This document shows, in pieces, positions 45,730 through 55,071 of a stretch of DNA of 64,000 nt. Each line of letters opens with the position of its first letter. Within the stretch, counting starts at the first letter, position 1. The DNA comes from Candidatus Hermodarchaeota archaeon. Its GTDB lineage: Archaea > Asgardarchaeota > Lokiarchaeia > Sigyniarchaeales > SOKP01. The stretch lies in the NCBI GenBank assembly GCA_048885535.1, contig JBHLLO010000002.1, positions 16,952 to 80,951 on the forward strand. The letters are read 5' to 3'. The position numbers and the translations under genes were made by a program. The notes beneath the pieces are model-generated. The model had not been told where the DNA came from. It was given only the letters and a program-made list of their open reading frames with translations, and did no database searches.

Positions 45730-46737
45730 ATGAATGATAAAAAATTTATGGGATCTATAGGAGAATCAAAAATCATTGAACGAATAGGAGAGTTAATTTT
45801 AAAGACAACTGGTAAGAAACTACTCTTTGATGATAGCTTCTTTTTTGCTTGTAAAAAGAAACATTGTCTAGTTTCGAATTCTGATATGTTCGTATCCACA
45901 ACTGATGCTCCAAAACAGATGAATTTTTATCAAATGGGACGTAAGTCTGTTCTAATGAATATTAGTGATTTAATGACTAAAGGCGTACAACCTAAGGCAA
46001 TCATCATCTCACTAGGCATCCCAAAAGATTTGAGTATCAGTGACTTCGATCAATTAATGAACGGTATTATTACATACTGTAAAAAGTGGAATGTCGAATA
46101 TATTGGTGGGGATATTAATGAAACAAAAGAATTAATCATAAGCCCTACTATTTTTGGTTTTAAAAATCCTTCAAATATATTATTTAGAGAAGGAATAGAA
46201 ACAGGGGATGTTCTAATAATTAATAACAAATTTGGTTTAACAGGAGTAGGATTTGATATACTTTTAAGAAAAGGTGGTACATTAGAGGATTACCCACAAT
46301 ATGAGAGGGCAATATTAAGTGTTTTAGAACCAAATGATCCTGGGAATGAAGGATGCATTTTAGCCAACAATAGTTTAGCCACTTCAAGTATAGATTCATC
46401 AGATGGTTTAGCAAGATCCTTGAGAGAATTAATGCTATCTAATCCTCAGTTTGGATTTGAAATTACATATAGTGATGATTTAGTTGATAAGGAGGCAGTA
46501 AATTACTGTATAAACTACAATATTCCATTAGAACAAGTAATATTTGAGGGGGGAGAGGAGTTTATTCAAATTTTTACAATTAACGCAAATAAATATGAAA
46601 AAGCTCAAAAAAAGGTTAAAATGGCAGGTGGGCAGTTAATAAAAGTAGGAAATGTCATCTCTATAGGAAAAATATTTTTTAAAAAGAATAATACCAAGAT
46701 AGAATTAAAAAGACAGGGTTTCGAGCATTTTGTATAA
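45730..46737 (+). CDS. thiL: Thiamine-monophosphate kinase-like (PurM/AIR-synthase-related superfamily)
   Basis: Motifs seen are GESKIIERI, DDSFFF, VSTTDA, NISDLMTKGVQPKAIIISLGIP and IGGDINE, a ThiL-like pattern. Confidence 0.6.
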   Translation: MNDKKFMGSIGESKIIERIGELILKTTGKKLLFDDSFFFACKKKHCLVSNSDMFVSTTDAPKQMNFYQMGRKSVLMNISDLMTKGVQPKAIIISLGIPKDLSISDFDQLMNGIITYCKKWNVEYIGGDINETKELIISPTIFGFKNPSNILFREGIETGDVLIINNKFGLTGVGFDILLRKGGTLEDYPQYERAILSVLEPNDPGNEGCILANNSLATSSIDSSDGLARSLRELMLSNPQFGFEITYSDDLVDKEAVNYCINYNIPLEQVIFEGGEEFIQIFTINANKYEKAQKKVKMAGGQLIKVGNVISIGKIFFKKNNTKIELKRQGFEHFV

Positions 46738-46856
46738 TTTTAAAAAAGATTTTTCTTTCGAAAAAATACACAGAAAAAATTTTATACTATTATAGATTTG
46801 TAAAATTGTAATTATAGTTAAAACATAATAATTTATCTTTAACAAAATTACTGGTA

Positions 46857-46929
46857 GGGCTATTAGCGCAGACAGGTAGCGCAGCAGGCTTTTAACCTGA
46901 AGGTCGGGGGTTCGAATCCCCCATAGCCC
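46857..46929 (+). tRNA. tRNA-Lys (anticodon UUU)
   Basis: The sequence is GGGCTAT TA GCGC AGACAGGTA GCGC A GCAGG CTTTTAA CCTGA AGGTC GGGGG TTCGAAT CCCCC ATAGCCC, 73 nt, and folds as a clean cloverleaf. Confidence 0.9.
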
Positions 46930-47063
46930 GTATTATTTAATATATATAAAAAATCATTAATAATCATACTTTTTTTTATTTCTTTTTTACTTAAAATCAA
47001 TAAAAATAAAATTTTACTCTACTCTAATTTAATTATCGAAAATAGATTTTTGATTATTTTAAA

Positions 47064-48071
47064 ATGGAAAATTCTAAGTTACCATCAGATGATCCTGAGC
47101 AATTATTAATTAAATCTGAAGATAATACGGATTATAAATATGGTTGTGATCCAGAAAAACGAAAAATTGATGATTTACTAAAGTATGGAGTAATTAATTT
47201 AGATAAACCTAAAGGTCCGACAAGTCATGAAATAGTCTCATGGGTCCGAAAAATATTAGCCATTTCTAATGCAGGTCATGGTGGTACATTAGATCCTAAA
47301 GTTACTGGAATTCTTCCATGTGCACTTGGAAGAGCAACTCGCGCTTTAGCTGCCTTACTAGATGTTGGTAAAGAATATGTAGGGATAATGTATTTACATA
47401 GCCTTGAACCAAAAAAAAAAATTGAAAAGGCATTTCAAATCTTTACAGGGAAGATTTATCAAACACCGCCTTTAAAATCTTCTGTTGTTAGGAGATTAAG
47501 AATTAGAGAGATATATTACAGCAAAGTGCTTGATGTAAATGAAAATTACGTTCTATTTAAAGTAGGTTGTGAGGCGGGAACTTACATACGTAAGCTATGT
47601 TTTGATATAGGTGAAGCATTATGTTCAGGAGCCCATATGCTTGAGTTAAGAAGAACTAGAGTAGGCAACTTCCGAGAAGATGATACTCTTGTGACTTTAC
47701 AAAATGTAAAAGATGCTGTTACTATATATAGAAATGAGGGTGATGAATATTATTTCAGGAAGGTTATCCTCCCAATGGAAAGTATGGTTTCTCATTTTCC
47801 TAAAATATTTATTAGAGATACTGCTGTTGATGCAATATGTCATGGTGCTGATCTTGCTGCCGCAGGAGTTTGTTATATTGATGCGAAGATTAAAACAGGA
47901 GGTTTAGTGGTCTTAATGACTCTTAAGAAGGAATTAATTGGATTTGGAATTGCTAAAATGGGTGCAATGAAGATATTCAAAGCAAAATCAGGGATTGTAG
48001 TAGAAACAAATAAAATCCTTATGGAACGTGGCATTTATCCTCACTGGAGTGAATCAAAGGCTAAAAAGTGA
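47064..48071 (+). CDS. cbf5: H/ACA RNP pseudouridine synthase Cbf5
   Basis: Motifs seen are GVINLDKPKGPTSHEIVSWVRKIL and GHGGTLDPKVTGILPCALGRATR. A C-terminal PUA domain is present. Confidence 0.9.
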   Translation: MENSKLPSDDPEQLLIKSEDNTDYKYGCDPEKRKIDDLLKYGVINLDKPKGPTSHEIVSWVRKILAISNAGHGGTLDPKVTGILPCALGRATRALAALLDVGKEYVGIMYLHSLEPKKKIEKAFQIFTGKIYQTPPLKSSVVRRLRIREIYYSKVLDVNENYVLFKVGCEAGTYIRKLCFDIGEALCSGAHMLELRRTRVGNFREDDTLVTLQNVKDAVTIYRNEGDEYYFRKVILPMESMVSHFPKIFIRDTAVDAICHGADLAAAGVCYIDAKIKTGGLVVLMTLKKELIGFGIAKMGAMKIFKAKSGIVVETNKILMERGIYPHWSESKAKK

Positions 48072-48079
48072 AATAAAAA

Positions 48080-48712
48080 ATGAATAATAAAAATCAACAC
48101 TATTACAGTGCCTTTCCAGATTCAAAAGTCAAATTTCATTCTATTTCGGTAAGTCTAAGGCGTCACTTATATATATTTAAAACAATTTCAGGAGTATTTG
48201 CGTATAAAAAGTTGGATTTAGGTACAAAAATCTTAGTTGAAAATATGATGATTCCTCAGCAACCTGGTAATTTCATAGACCTAGGATGTGGGTATGGGGT
48301 TATCGGGATTGTTTTAGCATATGAATCTCCCTTAAGCATAATTTATTTAGTTGATGTAAATAAAAGAGCTATTTGGTGTACCAAAGAAAACATTAAGTTA
48401 AATTTGCCTGAAAGCAAAAATCGTGTTTCTGTTTTACGTGGGAATTATTTTGAACCAATTAAAGATAGAGGGATACTGTTTGATGGAATTTTTATGAATC
48501 CCGCCTTAAGACAAGGAAGAAAGACATTTTTAAATCTTTTTAAGGAGATAGTTTGCTATTTAAAATTAAATGGTAGTTTTCAATTTGTAATCAGGAGAAA
48601 AATGGGAGCGGATTATGTCCTAAATTATTTAAGAGCCAAATATCCTGAGGAAAGTGTCATTGTATTATGTAAGCAGAGTGGATATTGGGTTTTTATGTTC
48701 ACTAAGCGATAA
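48080..48712 (+). CDS. Class I SAM-dependent methyltransferase (small-domain, RsmC/RsmD-like)
   Basis: Motifs seen are FIDLGCGYGVIGIVLA and IFMNPALRQG (an NPPY-type position). Confidence 0.7.
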   Translation: MNNKNQHYYSAFPDSKVKFHSISVSLRRHLYIFKTISGVFAYKKLDLGTKILVENMMIPQQPGNFIDLGCGYGVIGIVLAYESPLSIIYLVDVNKRAIWCTKENIKLNLPESKNRVSVLRGNYFEPIKDRGILFDGIFMNPALRQGRKTFLNLFKEIVCYLKLNGSFQFVIRRKMGADYVLNYLRAKYPEESVIVLCKQSGYWVFMFTKR

Positions 48713-48820
48713 GTTAAAATAAATTTTTGATAAGTGATAGAGATGTTCATTATAAATAGTAAAATTTTTTAGAAATCTCCCCCTTTTTATTATTAATTTG
48801 TTAGAGAAGAGGATTTTTTC

Positions 48821-49078
48821 TTGACAAAAAAACGTAAAATTGATGTCTTACTTCATGAGTTAGTTCCTAAACACCAACTTCTAACTAAAGAAGAATCGCA
48901 GAAACTCTTAGAAAGATACAAAATCGGGGTAATAGATTTACCCCAGATGTCCGAAAAGGATCCAGTGGCAATTGCTATTGGAGCCAAAGAAGGAGATATA
49001 GTTAAAATTATAAGAGATTCTCATACGACTGTAAAACTCATTAATTATTATAGGTATGTTACAAAAGAAAAAGTCTAA
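48821..49078 (+). CDS. rpoH: DNA-directed RNA polymerase subunit H (Rpo5)
   Basis: 85 aa with HELVPKHQLLTKEESQKLLERYKI...LPQMSEKDPVA. It lies immediately upstream of rpoB. Confidence 0.85.
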   Translation: MTKKRKIDVLLHELVPKHQLLTKEESQKLLERYKIGVIDLPQMSEKDPVAIAIGAKEGDIVKIIRDSHTTVKLINYYRYVTKEKV

Positions 49079-49124
49079 CAATCAAATTAGTCTACGTGTG
49101 AAATTAATAAGGAGTTAAGTAAAA

Positions 49125-52100
49125 TTGAGTTCTGAATATTTATCTAATAATGACAAATGGGTTGTCTTAAAAAGTCTATTTGACGAAAAAGGCTTAGTTC
49201 GTCAACATTTAGATTCATATAATAATTTCATCGAGCATGAAATGCAAGAAATTGTCGATGAATCAGGAGAAGTTATTCCAGACATTCCAGGTTTTAAGAT
49301 AAAATTTGGTAAAATTAAAGTGGGTGTCCCTAAAGTTAGGGAAGCTGATGGAGCAACAATGGAAATAACTCCAATCGAAGCCAGAATCAGAGAATTAAGT
49401 TATGCAGCAGATATAACTTTGGAAATGACACCAATTACTATTGATGAGCGTACTCAAAGGGAAGAAGCTGAAGAAACATTGGAGATATATATTGGAAAAA
49501 TCCCTATAATGTTAAAAAGCTGCAGATGTCCTTTGGAGAATCTCTCTGAACAAGAATTAATTAATAGGGGAGAGGATCCTTTAGATCCGGGAGGATATTT
49601 TATTATAAACGGAACTGAACGTGTTCTTGTTACCCAAGAGGATTTAGCTCCAAATAGAATTCTTGCTGAAGAAGCAAGCAGAAGTTCCAGTGCAACTCAT
49701 CAAGCGAAAGTTTTTTCTACTCGAAGTGGGTTCAGAGCCCCTGTTACAATTGAAAGAAAGAAAGATGGTAATTTAAGAGTATCATTCCCCTCAGTTCCGG
49801 GAAAGATTCCTCTAGCAATTCTTATGCGGGCTTTAGGTTTACACTCAGATAGAGAAATTTTTGAGGCTATATCTGAAAATGAAGAAATTCAGAAAGAATT
49901 AATTCCTGTAATAGATGTTGCTTCTGAAATTCAGGTATTGAAGGATGCTGAGAAATCTCAACAAAACGCTTTGGATTATATTGGAAAAAGAGTAGCTATT
50001 GGGCAAACAAAAGATTATCGTATTCGACGTGCCCTTCAAGTTTTGGATAGATATCTTTTACCCCATATTGGTAATTCTGAAGAAGACAGAATAAAAAAGG
50101 CTTATTATTTGGGACAAATGGCTCAAAAAGTTATGGAACTCGCTTTAGGTTTGAGAGAACCAGATGATAAGGATCATTATGCGAATAAAAGGTTAAAATT
50201 AGCTGGAGAATTATTTACTTCATTATTCAGAGTTGCTTTCTTAAATCTAGTAAAAGATATAAAGTATCAATTAGAAAGAACTGCTGTAAGAGGGAGAGCT
50301 CCTAACATAAAGACGGCAGTAAGAGCTGACGTAATTACAGAAAGAATAAGACATGCGTTAGCAACTGGAAATTGGGTAGGTGGAAAAGCGGGAGTTAGCC
50401 AATTATTAAATAGAACTAACCATGTTGGAACATTAAGCCATTTAAGGAGAGTAATATCCCCTTTAAGTCGAAGTCAACCTCATTTTGAAGCTAGAGACTT
50501 ACACCCTACTCAATGGGGCAAAATTTGTCCTGCTGAAACCCCAGAGGGCCCGAATTGTGGCTTAGTAAAAAATCTTGGTTTAGCATCAATTATCTCGGTT
50601 GGAGCTGATGAGAGAATTATTGAAAATATCCTGATTGATTTAGGAGTTATACCCATAAATGAGGTTAAGAATGTTAAGGGTTCAAAAGTAAAAGTGTTTT
50701 TAAATGGAAAACTAGTAGGTATCCACCAGAAACATAACCCATTCATCAACCAACTTAGAGAAAAGAGGAGGAAAGGAGAAATTGGTCAACATGTAAATAT
50801 TGGATATTATCATGAGTCAAAAGAAATTCAAATTAACTGTGATGCGGGGAGAGCAACTAGACCTTTATTTGTCATAAAAAATAAAAAATTACTTATCTCA
50901 AAAGAGGATATTGAGAAGCTTAGACAAGGAAAGTTTTTATGGTCAGATTTGATCCAGAAAGGTGTAATTGAATATTTAGATGCTGAAGAAGAGGAAAACG
51001 CTTACATTGCTATGTTTGAAGAAGATATAACAGCTGAACATACTCATATGGAGATTTCACCAGCAGCTATTTTAGGAATTTGTGCTTCAATTATTCCCTT
51101 CCCTGAACATAATCAATCTCCTAGAAATACTTATGAAGCAGGAATGGTAAAACAAGCATTAGGTTTGTTTGCTGCTAATATGCACTTAAGACTTGATACA
51201 AGGGGACATACACTTCATTATCCTCAACAGCCTTTAGTTAAAACAAGCCCAATGGAAATTATTGGTATAAATAAAAGACCTGCTGGCCAAAATTTCATTA
51301 TTGCAATGATGAGTTATGAGGGTTTCAATATTGAAGATGCTATTATTATCAATAAAGCTTCTATAAATCGTGGATTAGCTCGAAGTCATTTTTTCAGAAC
51401 ATATGATGCTGAAGAAAGAAAATATCCTGGCGGCGAAGTTGATAAATTCGAAATCCCAGAAAGAGGTGTTAGAGGATTCAAGTCAGCAGAGTCATATAGA
51501 TTGTTATCTGAAGATGATGGAATAATCGAACCTGAAACAACAGTTAATGGAGGAGATGTTTTAATTGGTAGGACATCTCCACCAAGATTTATTAAATCCT
51601 ACGAAGAGTTTGAGTTAATGCAACCTAATAGGAGAGAGACTTCTAAGAATATGAGACACAATGAAAAAGGAATAGTAGACACCGTAATAATATCAGAAAC
51701 TGTGGACGGTAATAAGTTAGTCAAGATAAAAGTTAGGGATTTAAGAATTCCAGAATTAGGAGATAAATTCTCTTCCCGTCATGGTCAAAAAGGAGTACTT
51801 GGATTAATTCAACCTCAGGAGGATATGCCATTTACATCTTCCGGTGTTATTCCAGATATTATTGTTAATCCTCATGCGATGCCATCAAGAATGACATTGG
51901 GGCAACTATTTGAAGGGATTAGTGGAAAAATAGCAAGTACAACTGGTAAATTGGGTGATGCAACTGCATTTGAATGGAAAGATATTACTGAATTACAGGA
52001 ACAATTAGTTGAGGCAGGTTTCGAGTTTAATGGAAGAGAGATCATGTATAACGGAATTACTGGTGAAAAATATGAGGCAGGGATTTATTGTGCTCCTATT

Positions 52101-52496
52101 TATTACCAAAAGTTATATCACCTCGTGGCAGATAAACTTCATGCCAGAGCTAGAGGCCCAGTTCAAATATTAACAAGACAACCAACAGAGGGTCGTGCAC
52201 GCGAGGGAGGGCTTCGTTTTGGAGAAATGGAACGAGATTGCCTAGTCGGTCACGGATCCGCATTATTATTAAAAGAACGACTACTTGATGAGTCTGATAA
52301 AACAGTTATTTTAGTTTGTGAAAAATGTGGTTTATTAGCAACGTATGATAGAAATAGAGATAAACGATATTGTCCAGTTTGCGGTGAAGGAACAATTATT
52401 TCAAAAGTGGTTTGTTCTTATGCATTTAAATTGCTTCTACAGGAAATGATGAGTTTAGGATTAGCACCTAGACTTAAATTAAAGGAAAAGATTTAG
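49125..52496 (+). CDS. rpoB: DNA-directed RNA polymerase subunit B (Rpo2), unsplit
   Basis: 1123 aa with GGYFIINGTERVLV, SSRHGQKGV, GLRFGEMERDCL and a C-terminal zinc ribbon CEKCG...CPVCG. Confidence 0.97.
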   Translation: MSSEYLSNNDKWVVLKSLFDEKGLVRQHLDSYNNFIEHEMQEIVDESGEVIPDIPGFKIKFGKIKVGVPKVREADGATMEITPIEARIRELSYAADITLEMTPITIDERTQREEAEETLEIYIGKIPIMLKSCRCPLENLSEQELINRGEDPLDPGGYFIINGTERVLVTQEDLAPNRILAEEASRSSSATHQAKVFSTRSGFRAPVTIERKKDGNLRVSFPSVPGKIPLAILMRALGLHSDREIFEAISENEEIQKELIPVIDVASEIQVLKDAEKSQQNALDYIGKRVAIGQTKDYRIRRALQVLDRYLLPHIGNSEEDRIKKAYYLGQMAQKVMELALGLREPDDKDHYANKRLKLAGELFTSLFRVAFLNLVKDIKYQLERTAVRGRAPNIKTAVRADVITERIRHALATGNWVGGKAGVSQLLNRTNHVGTLSHLRRVISPLSRSQPHFEARDLHPTQWGKICPAETPEGPNCGLVKNLGLASIISVGADERIIENILIDLGVIPINEVKNVKGSKVKVFLNGKLVGIHQKHNPFINQLREKRRKGEIGQHVNIGYYHESKEIQINCDAGRATRPLFVIKNKKLLISKEDIEKLRQGKFLWSDLIQKGVIEYLDAEEEENAYIAMFEEDITAEHTHMEISPAAILGICASIIPFPEHNQSPRNTYEAGMVKQALGLFAANMHLRLDTRGHTLHYPQQPLVKTSPMEIIGINKRPAGQNFIIAMMSYEGFNIEDAIIINKASINRGLARSHFFRTYDAEERKYPGGEVDKFEIPERGVRGFKSAESYRLLSEDDGIIEPETTVNGGDVLIGRTSPPRFIKSYEEFELMQPNRRETSKNMRHNEKGIVDTVIISETVDGNKLVKIKVRDLRIPELGDKFSSRHGQKGVLGLIQPQEDMPFTSSGVIPDIIVNPHAMPSRMTLGQLFEGISGKIASTTGKLGDATAFEWKDITELQEQLVEAGFEFNGREIMYNGITGEKYEAGIYCAPIYYQKLYHLVADKLHARARGPVQILTRQPTEGRAREGGLRFGEMERDCLVGHGSALLLKERLLDESDKTVILVCEKCGLLATYDRNRDKRYCPVCGEGTIISKVVCSYAFKLLLQEMMSLGLAPRLKLKEKI

Positions 52497-52571
52497 TTAT
52501 CAAATTATTAATTAACTCATTTTAATTTGAGATTCTTTTAATTAAAAATAAAAAAAAATAGGATTAAATTC

Positions 52572-52991
52572 TTATAAGGTAAAACCTAGAAATTGTGCGA
52601 ATCCTGGAATCATTGTATATAATAGAAATAAAATAAACAATGTTAATAGAGAAATCCATACTGAATTATCCCATTGGACATCAAGTAAGTATTTTGTTAA
52701 GACTAAAATTATTAAAAAACCAATTACAGTTGTCAATAATGGTAAATAATTAGTTCCGCTAAAAGCAATGTAAGTCCCAATTACACTCAACACAGTATTA
52801 ATTGCTCCAAATACAATGGGTAATACTAATACAAATATCAGTGCTAATAAAATGATTAGGAATTTTTTATCAGATGCTTTTGTTTTTGAAACTATCAGTA
52901 TAACAGCAATATAAAGTATTAAAGTTACGATTACAGTAGCTAGCACTAACCACAAAATAAAGAAAAGAGTTTGTTCCCACTGAAATAACAT
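52572..52991 (-). CDS. Hypothetical integral membrane protein (about 4 TM)
   Basis: 139 aa, almost entirely hydrophobic helices. Confidence 0.6.
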   Translation of the reverse strand: MLFQWEQTLFFILWLVLATVIVTLILYIAVILIVSKTKASDKKFLIILLALIFVLVLPIVFGAINTVLSVIGTYIAFSGTNYLPLLTTVIGFLIILVLTKYLLDVQWDNSVWISLLTLFILFLLYTMIPGFAQFLGFTL

Positions 52992-53131
52992 ATTTTTCCA
53001 CTCTAATTAATTAAATAAGCAATTGATTAAAGAATTAAGAATATTATAATTTCTTCTTTTTTAAACCTTAAGAATTCTCCTCCAAAATCGTTTAAGCCTT
53101 TCTGGTGTAGGAATAACGTATTTAGTAATTA

Positions 53132-53359
53132 TTAAATTCCAAAATTAAGCAGGAAAAAATGAATTGAAAAGCCTAAAAATACCGCTGCAATGACAATCGC
53201 GAGTAATGAAAGCCTAATCGATATCTCTCTGCCATATCTAGTATATACGATTAAAATCGTTATAGCAATTAATCCCACGACTAAGAAAATCCATGCTAAT
53301 ATCCATAATGTTAATGATGGTACTTCAAATTGAGTATCTTGGAAAATCATAAGGAACAT
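53132..53359 (-). CDS. Hypothetical small membrane protein (2 TM)
   Basis: 75 aa with two hydrophobic helices. Confidence 0.5.
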   Translation of the reverse strand: MFLMIFQDTQFEVPSLTLWILAWIFLVVGLIAITILIVYTRYGREISIRLSLLAIVIAAVFLGFSIHFFLLNFGI

Positions 53360-53549
53360 TGATATTAATTAATATTTTTCTAAACTTGTTATTATCAAAT
53401 TCTTCATTTTTTTTTAATTTTTGCAAGTTTTTTTTGAATTTATAAAATTTCAAAATTTAACTGTAAAATTTCAAATTTTAACGTTAAAATTTAAAGAGAT
53501 GAACTTTTTAATAAAATTATTAGATCATCAAATCAGATGAATTTTAAAA

Positions 53550-54332
53550 ATGCACTTTCTAAAACAAATAGTTGAAACACCCATATTAGAGAAACCCTCT
53601 GAGAATTATATGAATGTTCATCGCCACTTTTATAGATATTCCAGAGGTGATTTCACAGGTCCAGCATTGAAGATTTCAAAAACGAGTGCAAAAATTACTT
53701 TAAAAGGATCACATGAATATGAAGATTTAATTTTGGAACTTACGACAAGATCAATTTCTAATCCTAATGAAGAATTTGTGATTAAAGGCAATTTAGTTAC
53801 GGGAACCGACATTCATGAGCAGTTATCTCAGTTAGGATTAAATTGGGATTTAAAATTGTCAACTGGAAAAACCAGAAATTATAAATCAGAAATTAATGAT
53901 ATGATAAAGAAAGAGAAACTATTGAAAATTATTGATCCTTTAAGAGCAACTAGTTATCTTTTACTGTCTTTTAATATCAACCCGAATTGCAAATTAACTA
54001 CCAAAAAAAATATTCCGCAACCATCTAAAAAGAAAGTAGAGGATGATGATGTAAATAAAAGAATTCAATTTTGTACAGGTTATTTGATTAATAAAGGTAA
54101 CAATATAAATCATATTTTAGATTCTGCTCTTTATGATTTTAAAACTGAAATTCCTATTAAATGGAAAGCAATTACAATCTTAAATTATTATAAGATTAAC
54201 GATATAATATTACCAAAAGATGTCAAAGATTCCAAAGTTTTAAGGATAATGGCAATCAGAAAGGGTGTTCTTATGCGTTCTGTAGATATAGATGGTGATT
54301 TAATTGAAAAGCAATATAAGATAGTTGTTTAA
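53550..54332 (+). CDS. Hypothetical protein, 260 aa
   Basis: A long ORF with no recognised motif. Confidence 0.6.
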   Translation: MHFLKQIVETPILEKPSENYMNVHRHFYRYSRGDFTGPALKISKTSAKITLKGSHEYEDLILELTTRSISNPNEEFVIKGNLVTGTDIHEQLSQLGLNWDLKLSTGKTRNYKSEINDMIKKEKLLKIIDPLRATSYLLLSFNINPNCKLTTKKNIPQPSKKKVEDDDVNKRIQFCTGYLINKGNNINHILDSALYDFKTEIPIKWKAITILNYYKINDIILPKDVKDSKVLRIMAIRKGVLMRSVDIDGDLIEKQYKIVV

Positions 54333-54403
54333 GTTAATTTATATCAAAAATATTTTTAAAAAGATTTAATTTTTATAACAGATTTATTGGTATCAACAAG
54401 AGA

Positions 54404-55012
54404 TTGAAAGGAAAAGTCTTGAAAGAATTAAGCTCCATGTTAAGATCATTTCTATATATCATCGGGGGTGATATCGCAATTGAAGTTGGAATCGAATTAT
54501 TAAATTCAGAAAACAAAGATATCACAGATGAAGATATTACAGAAAATATTAAAGAAAGGATTGAAAAAGAAGGAAGAGAGATAGATTTCGAACCCGATGA
54601 TACTGAAATTTTAAAATTAAATACTGTACGTAAGACCTTATACAAATTATATAGTGAAAAGTTAGCTCAATTCAGAAGGATTAGGGATAAATCAACAGGT
54701 TGGTTTATTTATTATTGGTGGCATGAATTTGATTTGCTTGAGGAAATTTTAATGGAAAAGAAAAAGGTTTTAGAACAAAAATTAAGAGAAAAACTACAGT
54801 TTGAAGAGAATAATTATTTCTTTATTTGTAAGGATTGTGAAACAACACTTACAAAATATAATTTCGAAGAGGCTTTCGAGCTCAATTTTAGATGTCCTGA
54901 GTGTGGTGGTCCTTTAGAAGCTCAAGATAATAATCAATTAATCCAATTTTTGAAAGAAAAGATTGTCCTTATTGAAAAAGCCCAATTCGTATCAATTGAT
55001 AAAAAAGAATAG
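54404..55012 (+). CDS. tfe: Transcription factor E (TFIIE-alpha homologue)
   Basis: The winged-helix region reads LYKLYSEKLAQFRRIRDKSTGWFIYYWW. The zinc ribbon reads CKDCETTL...FRCPECGGPL. Confidence 0.65.
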   Translation: MKGKVLKELSSMLRSFLYIIGGDIAIEVGIELLNSENKDITDEDITENIKERIEKEGREIDFEPDDTEILKLNTVRKTLYKLYSEKLAQFRRIRDKSTGWFIYYWWHEFDLLEEILMEKKKVLEQKLREKLQFEENNYFFICKDCETTLTKYNFEEAFELNFRCPECGGPLEAQDNNQLIQFLKEKIVLIEKAQFVSIDKKE

Positions 55013-55071
55013 AGGCTAATTGGTTAAAATTCTATAAATTTTTCAAAGTATTTTAAATAATATAATTTAAT

